DNA from: Candidatus Hodarchaeota archaeon
Lineage (GTDB): Archaea > Asgardarchaeota > Heimdallarchaeia > Hodarchaeales > Hodarchaeaceae
DNA length: 20,592 nt
Direction: 5' to 3'
Assembly: GCA_029856365.1 (NCBI GenBank)
Contig: JAHQWW010000068.1
Span: 1 to 20,592 of the forward strand
This document shows positions 9,118-16,388 of the stretch, one piece after another. Below the pieces are notes generated by a model, which saw nothing but the letters and a program-made list of their open reading frames with translations, searched no databases and had not been told where the DNA came from. Each line of letters opens with the position of its first letter. Position 1 is the first letter of the stretch. A program made the translations under genes and the position numbers.

Positions 9118-10359
9118 TTATGAGGGTACATATCGTAAAATTGCACAAATTCCTCCGAAACTTTGAATCTGTCGTCCTTCTTCAGTTTGTGGATTGATTA
9201 TCTCGATGGTAGCACCTGTTTTCTCAGCTAAGTCTCCTAGTTCCATGATAAGATCTTTCTGAATAATTTCCCAATCATTAACCTTACACTGAGGACATTG
9301 TTGTTTTTGAAAAATGGATACATAATTCTCTACTTCTGTTGGTTTCAGTGTTTTTTCTTCCTTAAATCCACAGTTTTGACATTCACTTTTTATTCGAATT
9401 AAATCAATTCCCTTAGAAACTAATAGAACATCAACTGCTCCCATTAGAAGATTCTCACGAACCTCTTTCTCTCCATAATTAGCTTTTCCTTCCATTAAAG
9501 CATCTAAGAATTGATGAACCAATCGTTTTTCTTCTATAAGGATAACACCTTTTAAGATATCGTCGGATTCAGCCACAAGTTCGCTAATCCCACTTTTATC
9601 TCCTCCATATCCTAAATCTTTAATTCCCACTATTTTATCCTTCAATCTGATATCAAAATACTCAACAACTTGATCTTTTATTTGCCCTGGACCACCAATG
9701 ATCACCCCCTTTAATTCAAACTGAGCTTCCTCAATAAAAATCTGTTTCATATCGTCTGCGATCCGTTTTAGAAATCGTGCTACAGCTTCTTCACGTAATC
9801 TGGCAAAGCGGACGCTACTTTGACCTCCTTTGCGATGTTTTTTTGCAGCTCCACTTCGGGTACTCTTTACAATCTCAATTTGATCTCCTTTCAGAGTCGC
9901 TATTGTAGCTTTAGCACTATCGATAGCTAACAAAGCGTATGTATCTTTTTCAACTAAGCGGTCAATTAAATGGTCAACATGAAAGCGATTATCACATACG
10001 TATAACTTACGAGATATTGGATCTGGAGGCTCAAAAATATAAGATTCAATTTTATAGTCTTTATGACCAGAATCAGCAGTCGCTCCTGCAAAGATTGCTA
10101 TCCCTGATCCTGGTGATTTATGCCCATAGAGCTTGAGTTTTCCAATTACATTTCTTAACGCTGAAACGACATTCTTCTGGGTAAACTTACTACGAATATT
10201 AGTCGCGGTACCCACTTCATCTGTTAATTCTTGGACAAAATCAGCTATAGCTCTGTTTGGAGGCACATATAATGATATTAAACAAGTACTACCATCTGGA
10301 GATTCCTTTTTTTGCAAGTTAGTGAGCATTTTCTCAAATTTATACTGCTTATAGCTCAT
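9118..10359 (-). CDS. prf1: Peptide chain release factor aRF1 (eRF1 family)
   Basis: ISLYVPP, NIRS (NIKS variant), YVCDNRF, KHRKGGQSSVRFARLR, CxxC...CxxC minidomain and FGGICAILRY. Confidence 0.97.
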   Translation of the reverse strand: MSYKQYKFEKMLTNLQKKESPDGSTCLISLYVPPNRAIADFVQELTDEVGTATNIRSKFTQKNVVSALRNVIGKLKLYGHKSPGSGIAIFAGATADSGHKDYKIESYIFEPPDPISRKLYVCDNRFHVDHLIDRLVEKDTYALLAIDSAKATIATLKGDQIEIVKSTRSGAAKKHRKGGQSSVRFARLREEAVARFLKRIADDMKQIFIEEAQFELKGVIIGGPGQIKDQVVEYFDIRLKDKIVGIKDLGYGGDKSGISELVAESDDILKGVILIEEKRLVHQFLDALMEGKANYGEKEVRENLLMGAVDVLLVSKGIDLIRIKSECQNCGFKEEKTLKPTEVENYVSIFQKQQCPQCKVNDWEIIQKDLIMELGDLAEKTGATIEIINPQTEEGRQIQSFGGICAILRYVPS

Positions 10360-10434
10360 CCCACATCACGCGTATTGATCTTTAACAAATTCCTCCATAT
10401 TTCTTCTTTTAAATACTTAATAAAAAAACCCTAG

Positions 10435-11436
10435 TCAGACGATGATAGCTATATATTTGGGATAATTATTTATAAATTCCTTTATAGTCAGTTGTTGCCA
10501 ATCACAAACAGGTGAGTATTCTACAAAATCAATACTGAGAAGATGAGCAGAGCTTTTTCGGCATAATCGCACAATTTCTCTCAGAGTAGCAAAGATTTCC
10601 TCAGATTGCTTTTTTAAGCTGATTTTCTTGTTTTTTTCGAAAATTTCTATACTTGGGAAAAAATGCAAATATTTTCCTAACAAAAAAGGTGTGTTTGAAT
10701 GATGTTTCAAGTTTTGTTCTGTAAGCATTTGTTCTATATTCATCGAATGACCTATTATCTTGTTTCTATGCCAATAATTTGAATAACCTAAAAAAGTTGT
10801 TTGAGAAAGCTGAAAGTAATCCAAATCTAAACTAACATAAATCTTTTTACTTTTCAACCAGGAAAGAAATTCACGATTCGAGCTAATACCATTCATATCT
10901 GGCGCGAGATAAGCAAGAGAAGAATTAGCATCGACAAAATCGTAGCTTGTTTCAGCCCATCCTCCAATTACAGCAGTATTACTTGCTAATCTTTTATTAA
11001 TCCATGCTCCATCCATAAACTTAGAGTCGGATAAATCTAGGTGGGCATCGAGTGTAATAATACCGAATTCATCCTGGAACTTTTCTAAATAATCTAGTGC
11101 TATATAACGAGAAGGGGCATGAGAAGTAGCGATATTAATGATCTGGCGGTTATCCTCCCAATTCACCTCAGAAATATCCGTGAAACTCTTGGTACCTAAT
11201 ATTTTTTCATGAATAGAGCCCTTGATTAAATTATGGAATTTTTGAATGAAATATGGATCAATAAGACCAGTAAAATCAATGTATGGGTATTTCTTTTCTA
11301 ATTCTTGAATTCGAATAACAGTCCAATACTCTTCAGCCCAGAATAATGTTGTTCCATATGTCTGGGGTGGAATACAAAGAGGAAATCTGGTTGTAGTCTT
11401 TGAGTAACCATTAAAAAAGAGATTATTGATTATCAT
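10435..11436 (-). CDS. Divergent arginase/ureohydrolase-fold protein
   Basis: ITLDAHLD, IYVSLDLDYF and SIDFVEYSP motifs; canonical GGDH is absent. Confidence 0.7.
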   Translation of the reverse strand: MIINNLFFNGYSKTTTRFPLCIPPQTYGTTLFWAEEYWTVIRIQELEKKYPYIDFTGLIDPYFIQKFHNLIKGSIHEKILGTKSFTDISEVNWEDNRQIINIATSHAPSRYIALDYLEKFQDEFGIITLDAHLDLSDSKFMDGAWINKRLASNTAVIGGWAETSYDFVDANSSLAYLAPDMNGISSNREFLSWLKSKKIYVSLDLDYFQLSQTTFLGYSNYWHRNKIIGHSMNIEQMLTEQNLKHHSNTPFLLGKYLHFFPSIEIFEKNKKISLKKQSEEIFATLREIVRLCRKSSAHLLSIDFVEYSPVCDWQQLTIKEFINNYPKYIAIIV

Positions 11437-11443
11437 ATTCTTT

Positions 11444-12124
11444 TCATTGATTTTGAATTACTGTTCCAACAATTTTCCCATTGATTGCTTGCTTAATCTT
11501 ATCTACGTTTTTTTCTAACACAATAATTCGGATATTGGTACGTTCACATATTTTAGCAGCAATAAGAGTAAATGGAGCATTTGACCCTGCATTCAAAGAT
11601 AATGGGGATACAATTTCATAAAACTGATTATAAGTCAATTCACTATATTTTTTCGCATCAGAATATTGTTTTGGATCTTTATCATAAATTCCATCAACAT
11701 TCGTGACGTTTACAAGGATAGGAGAACCATATAAATCCGCTAGGATAGCTGCATCTTCATCTGTTTTAATAGCTGTTAAAAATCCACCAGATATACCAAT
11801 ATCATACGTCTGAAGATGTTCGGTTAATTTTTTCACAGTAGAAGGCAATACAGGTGAACAATGTCCTTTAAAATAGTAAGTTAGTAATTGGGCATTAAGC
11901 CAAGTTGCAGCAATACCCATATAATCCCGTTCACCTTCGGTCAGTCCATTAGGCAATCCCTTAATGTATTCTCGAGCAACCTTCCCACCACCACATACAA
12001 TCATAAATTTATATTTGTGAACCAGCTCTCTTATCGCGATGGAAAAATCTTCAAGGAACTTGCTATTAATATTACCAGGATTGATGACACTTCCTCCCAA
12101 AGACAGTGTAATTAGAGGTTTCAT
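11444..12124 (-). CDS. pyrH: Uridylate kinase
   Basis: SLGGSV, VCGGGKVAREY, DYMGIAATWLNA, TDEDAA and TNVDGIYDKDPK. Confidence 0.95.
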   Translation of the reverse strand: MKPLITLSLGGSVINPGNINSKFLEDFSIAIRELVHKYKFMIVCGGGKVAREYIKGLPNGLTEGERDYMGIAATWLNAQLLTYYFKGHCSPVLPSTVKKLTEHLQTYDIGISGGFLTAIKTDEDAAILADLYGSPILVNVTNVDGIYDKDPKQYSDAKKYSELTYNQFYEIVSPLSLNAGSNAPFTLIAAKICERTNIRIIVLEKNVDKIKQAINGKIVGTVIQNQ

Positions 12125-12295
12125 CTCTTAACTCTCCAGAATTTTAAATATGCTGTCCTTTTAATATTTTTATGTGATTACTTTCTTTTAAAAAAAGTAT
12201 CCCAACCACACTCCCTCAAGTATCTAGATTATTCTCTCGCTCCTCGTCGCGGGATGAGAAACCTAATGATTTTTTTCTATTAATGTATCAAAATA

Positions 12296-12454
12296 TGCCG
12301 AGGGTGCGATTTGAACGCACGACAACTGGATATCCATCACACAGGAGAATCTGGGACTTCAGTCCAGCGCTGACGGGAACCAATACCATCATAGGATGGC
12401 TATCCTCCCGGGTTTCTCATTTGCTCATGAGAGCAAACTCTAAGCTACCTCGGC
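12296..12454 (-). tRNA. tRNA-Phe(GAA) with three introns: 15/16 (12439-12413, 27 nt), 22/23 (12404-12372, 33 nt), 37/38 (12356-12332, 25 nt)
   Basis: Removing the three segments gives GCCGAGG TA GCTT AGCCCGGGA GAGC G CTGGA CT GAA GA TCCAG TTGTC GTGCG TTCAAAT CGCAC CCTCGGC A, a complete archaeal tRNA-Phe cloverleaf; each junction has a BHB-like helix. Confidence 0.88.
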
Positions 12455-12540
12455 AGGGGGAAATATGAAGTAATTTGATCTATACTGACAAGTGGTTAAA
12501 AATTTTTATATGTTTATTAAACGAGAAACTAAGATTGTAT

Positions 12541-12729
12541 CTAATCAATTCGACGACGCCGATTGAAATTTTTTTGTACCCAAGAATATCGTCTTAATTT
12601 TGGGTTTGGATATCCACAATAGGCACATTGATGTTTACGTTTATGGTAGGATCGATTTCCACATCTTCGGCATTGCATATGAGTTCGTTTAGCGGTGTGT
12701 TTTCCGCGTGCTGCTGTTCCTTTTGTCAT
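12541..12729 (-). CDS. rpl37e: 50S ribosomal protein L37e (eL37)
   Basis: MTKGT...THMQCRRCG..SYH....CAYCGYP..KLRRYSW zinc ribbon; directly downstream of Sm, a conserved archaeal gene pair. Confidence 0.97.
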   Translation of the reverse strand: MTKGTAARGKHTAKRTHMQCRRCGNRSYHKRKHQCAYCGYPNPKLRRYSWVQKNFNRRRRID

Positions 12730-12776
12730 TTTTCACAACTCGTTAATTAGTTGGTTCTAAAAAGAATTTACTATTT

Positions 12777-13016
12777 CTAGGGTGGAGAGATAAGGATCAC
12801 GTTGTCTCCTCGAAGGATGATATTTCCTAGTGTTTCAGTTACTACCTCTTGATCATTCTCTTCTTTTGGAGGGTAGATCATCTCTGCATCTTCTAGGTAT
12901 AAATTAAGATGTGGGTCGTAGCTGCGTAAGATCCCACGGATTTCACGACGCCCTCTAACTTTTAGGATTACTTTCTTGTTGAGAGCTGCTGTTAATACAT
13001 CTAAAGGTCTACTCAT
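12777..13016 (-). CDS. Sm-like archaeal protein (LSm/SmAP1)
   Basis: RPLDVL, Sm1 motif GILRSYDPHLNLYLEDAE and Sm2 motif LGNIILRGDNVILISP. Confidence 0.96.
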   Translation of the reverse strand: MSRPLDVLTAALNKKVILKVRGRREIRGILRSYDPHLNLYLEDAEMIYPPKEENDQEVVTETLGNIILRGDNVILISPP

Positions 13017-13060
13017 AATGAATCACTTTATTGTAAGGGAAGTATTATTATGAAAAGGAA

Positions 13061-13200
13061 TGCTCCGACCGGGATTTTCAGTTCACAAACATCCTGTTTG
13101 TCTCTTTTGAACCCGGGTCTTTCCGCTTGGGATCAACATCGAATTCAGCCAGATTCGGGGCGAAAGCCCGGAATGATGGGCCGAGCTACACTATCGGAGC
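13061..13200 (-). tRNA. tRNA-Glu(TTC) with two non-canonical introns: about 44/45 (13153-13120, 34 nt) and 59/60 (13105-13075, 31 nt)
   Basis: Acceptor GCTCCGA/TCGGAGC-A, D-arm GTGT..TCAT, CCGGG CT TTC GC CCCGA, variable AGAC, T-arm CCGGG TTCAAA|T CCCGG; T-loop intron has a perfect TTCA/TGAA helix. Register of the first intron is ambiguous by 1-2 nt within an A-run. Confidence 0.85.
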
Positions 13201-13410
13201 AAAACCTCACGAATTACCACGTTTATTGGCAATACAACCCCCCTTGCTTCAAATTAAAAAGCTTTGTTAATAGTATGGTAAATGGCGAAACAAGAGCTTT
13301 AAAAGTACCTTAGCAATTTTTATTTGGCTATTCAATAAATTAGAAATACTTAATTTTTTAGAAAAGCTTGTTTCGCTATTGCAGGGTCTGAAGATAAGGT
13401 GTTTAATAGT

Positions 13411-13773
13411 ATGGTTTCTCTACGTCATCGAAAAAAACAAAAAAGATCTTTAGAACGCCATGAAACCCAGTTATTAGCGCGAAACGCTGTAAAATTTCTA
13501 ATCGAAGAAAGCTTAAAATTCCGCTTAACAAACCCTCAAAGATCCCAAGAACTGTTTCATGCTGCCCAAAAAATCGGAAAAAGAGGACGATTTCATCTTC
13601 CACATAAATATCGCTTCTTATTTTGCTGGTATTGTCATTATCCATTAAGTATTGAAACAACAAAAATTCGTTTAAATAGCAAAAAGCATCAAATCCATTA
13701 TCTTTGTTTGAACTGTAAGAAGGAAAAACGATATGGTTATCTATATAGTAGAAAAAAAAAGATGGAGGAATAA
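13411..13773 (+). CDS. rnp4: Ribonuclease P protein component 4 (Rpp21/Rpr2 family)
   Basis: Helical N-terminus, KYRFLFCWYCHYPL and YLCLNCKKEKRYGY Zn ribbon; ATG 13411 preferred over GTG 13399. Confidence 0.88.
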   Translation: MVSLRHRKKQKRSLERHETQLLARNAVKFLIEESLKFRLTNPQRSQELFHAAQKIGKRGRFHLPHKYRFLFCWYCHYPLSIETTKIRLNSKKHQIHYLCLNCKKEKRYGYLYSRKKKMEE

Positions 13774-13775
13774 TT

Positions 13776-14102
13776 ATGTTTGTAGCGATTTATACGACTT
13801 TTGGCAGTCTAGATGAAGCAAAGGCCTTTGGACGTCTCTTGATTGAAAAAAAACTGGCAGCTTGTGTAAATTTAATTCATGACGTTCATTCAATCTATCG
13901 TTGGAAAGGGAAAATTGAAGAGACAACAGAAATAATTCTATGGGGCAAAACTCAAGATTTTTTGATTGAAAAGATCCAAGCTATGATCCAAGAGTCTCAT
14001 CCCTACGATTTACCAGCTTTAGTAGTTTATCCAATCCACTTTGGAAATGAGGCATATTTAAAATGGATATCTGAAGAGACCCAGGCTCTACACATCAACT
14101 GA
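13776..14102 (+). CDS. cutA: Divalent-cation tolerance protein CutA
   Basis: LIEKKLAACVN, SIYRWKGKIE, HPYDLP and YLKWI. Confidence 0.95.
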   Translation: MFVAIYTTFGSLDEAKAFGRLLIEKKLAACVNLIHDVHSIYRWKGKIEETTEIILWGKTQDFLIEKIQAMIQESHPYDLPALVVYPIHFGNEAYLKWISEETQALHIN

Positions 14103-15122
14103 AACCTTAAACCGATTATTAAGCTTTTCTGTGTGAATTTCAACTCCTAGTACTTCTTGAATCAACCTAATATTTGTTTTAGTATGATTAGACAAATAAG
14201 GCGTATAAAAAGTACTGGAATTGTGTGCTGTTGCCATGATCGGTAAAATTTGATCGGTTAAAAAAGGATCAACAGTACTTTGGCTGTTTAATGAAACGAT
14301 ATAGCGTTCGGAAGCTTTTTGACCGACTTTTTCAGCAGATAACTTAGGTTCGCCAACAAAATCCCCGCTTAATACACTATCTCCTATTCTTGAGAATATT
14401 AATACACCAGAACCTGGGTTATTAGCATTTACATATTCAATACTAATTTTTGATTCAATATCATTGTTTAATAAAGCTGTTGCGATTGTATCTGCTTGTC
14501 TTTCTGCGACCCGTGCTTTTTGAAGGTGTTTTGACGCAAATGATAGAATATAAACCAATTTTGGTTTTTGGAAAAATTCAAGATTCAATCCTTGTAAGAA
14601 CGAAGGCGAATGCATAACAGCTGACACGCTTGCTCCTCCCTTTGGATAAAAACCATGACGATGGATTTTTAGTGTAAGTCCAAAATTCATTTGACGAAAA
14701 ATCTCCCAAGTGACATGATTTACATAAGGAATACTGGGAGCCCATTTTCCAAATGTAGCTCCCCCCTGAAACTCTACTTTAAGGGTGTGATTCTTAACTC
14801 CAAGGACTGCCATCTGAAGAGACTGTAAAATCAGTCCTAAACTGCCCGCTGTGGAAACAGAAATCTGCAAATGTGATCTCCAGGAATTTGTAGGAATGAA
14901 AGAGATGGTTTCTGACCCGAGAAAATCTCCTTCTAATTCACCTCCACATAATTTAGCTAGTGACCGAACACCTACAAGATGTTGTGTTCGGAGTCCTGAT
15001 TTTGGTCTATTTTTTCGGATATTTACAATTTTAACAGGTTCTTGTGTTATGAGGGCAAGAGATGTCACTAATCGAAGAATAGATCCTCCTCCTTCTCCTA
15101 AACTTCCATCATAAACTTGCAA
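14088..15122 (-). CDS. rtcA: RNA 3'-terminal phosphate cyclase
   Basis: DGSLGEGGGSILR, NIRKNRPKSGLRTQHL, TAGSLGL, GFYPKGG, VAERQA, LTDQI and SNHTKTN (catalytic His present); TTG start. Confidence 0.95.
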   Translation of the reverse strand: MQVYDGSLGEGGGSILRLVTSLALITQEPVKIVNIRKNRPKSGLRTQHLVGVRSLAKLCGGELEGDFLGSETISFIPTNSWRSHLQISVSTAGSLGLILQSLQMAVLGVKNHTLKVEFQGGATFGKWAPSIPYVNHVTWEIFRQMNFGLTLKIHRHGFYPKGGASVSAVMHSPSFLQGLNLEFFQKPKLVYILSFASKHLQKARVAERQADTIATALLNNDIESKISIEYVNANNPGSGVLIFSRIGDSVLSGDFVGEPKLSAEKVGQKASERYIVSLNSQSTVDPFLTDQILPIMATAHNSSTFYTPYLSNHTKTNIRLIQEVLGVEIHTEKLNNRFKVSVDV

Positions 15123-15219
15123 ATTGAAACCTCAAATGAACTATATTAGTAGTCAATATGAGAACAAGAGAAGTGAAAAATAAATTATTATATAAGTTGC
15201 CTTTTTGCTAAAAAAAACG

Positions 15220-15381
15220 TTATCCTGCTCGTTCTTTTCGCTTAGGTCGTAGTCTCTTAGAGCGACATCGCCGACATTTTGTTGCACCTGGGGGATTTCG
15301 TGCATAGCATTTTCTACAAATCATCATATCAAGCAATACCTTACGAACAATGTCTCGTTTCTCAGGGTCAGTGATTGGCAT
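15220..15381 (-). CDS. rpl40e: 50S ribosomal protein L40e (eL40), 53 aa, not in the ORF track
   Basis: Manual translation: MPITDPEKRDIVRKVLLDMMICRKCYARNPPGATKCRRCRSKRLRPKRKERAG, the classic L40e Zn ribbon. Confidence 0.96.
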   Translation of the reverse strand: MPITDPEKRDIVRKVLLDMMICRKCYARNPPGATKCRRCRSKRLRPKRKERAG

Positions 15382-15547
15382 TGTATTGGCTTCCTTTTCT
15401 GTGATGAATTCTGTATTAAGATCTTTTTCTGTGTATCATCTATCACCAGATAATCAAAAAATAATTTCTGGAATTGGAGATGAAATGTGACTATTTCAAC
15501 GGAATTTACGTAAATTTAAATTCTTTCTTGTTAGTTAGAAGCCGAAT

Positions 15548-15890
15548 TTACAGGAGAAACATTAATATCAAAATTTTCTTTTGATCAATTTTCTAGATAA
15601 TTTAGAATAAACATAATTATATAGAAAACCAGTCACTGAAAATTTCAACGTATTAAAGGTCAGAATGATGATGACAAAACTATCTCATGGAAAAAAATAA
15701 TACATAGACTCACAATATTCAATTTTTTTTCTCCTACTAGTGGCACCAGCTTAATTTATTTGGAAAACACACCTCCATGTTTTTAATGTTATTGAGGTTT
15801 ATTATCCATGCTCTATCATTAATATAAGTATGTATATCTTTTAGCTAAGCTTTTTGGGAAGACCCCCCGCCCCCTCTATTTCGAATGCAG
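15548..15890. promoter_or_regulatory. Candidate replication origin: inverted ORB-like boxes flanking an AT-rich tract
   Basis: Minus strand 15890-15861 CTGCATTCGAAATAGAGGGGGCGGGGGGTC (ORB core plus G-string); plus strand 15548-15560 TTACAGGAGAAAC (mini-ORB-like). Confidence 0.4.
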
Positions 15891-16039
15891 AAAACGAGAA
15901 ATAACGACAAAAATGGTGAATAATTCTAAATCGCAACCTAATTTGTGATTAATTATCACTGTACTATTTCCAGAAAACATTAATAAGGGAGAAAAAACCA
16001 AAGAAAACGTGAAGTAAAAATTTCACATGGTGAAATCCA

Positions 16040-16327
16040 ATGCAATATTACATGAGTGTATCAGAGATCCAAAATCGTGTTAAAACTTTGATTAACCATT
16101 TCACTGGAAGTTACAATGTAAAATCACCTTTTTTTAATCCAAGGTTAGTAAAATCTCTCCAAAAGATGGTGGATCCTAATCTTTTAAACAATGAAAAGGT
16201 AGCGGACGAAATTATAAGCACTTTTTTGAACGCAATCATTTTAGCTGGACAATTGGGCATTGATATCGAAACAAAGGTGAATGAATACCTTATACAGCTT
16301 GAAAGAGAAGCTATCTTTGCTATGTAA
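16040..16327 (+). CDS. Small MazG-like (all-alpha NTP pyrophosphohydrolase fold) protein, apparently degenerate
   Basis: MSVSEIQNRV N-terminus and EKVADEIISTFLNAIILAGQLGIDIETKV resemble the MazG ELAD...LAN.LGIDLE helix; EExxE motif is missing. Start may be ATG 16052. Confidence 0.5.
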   Translation: MQYYMSVSEIQNRVKTLINHFTGSYNVKSPFFNPRLVKSLQKMVDPNLLNNEKVADEIISTFLNAIILAGQLGIDIETKVNEYLIQLEREAIFAM

Positions 16328-16388
16328 GTTTTACAGCTGATTTTTTGATTATTAAGTCATTTTGTTTTGTAAAAAAATCATTGAAATC

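Noticed and set aside
12283-12468. 61-aa ORF on + strand
   Set aside because: Antisense shadow of the three-intron tRNA-Phe.
13050-13313. 87-aa ORF on + strand
   Set aside because: Antisense shadow of the two-intron tRNA-Glu.
15660-15720. ATGATGA C-box-like motif suggesting a C/D sRNA
   Set aside because: No CTGA D box at a suitable distance downstream.
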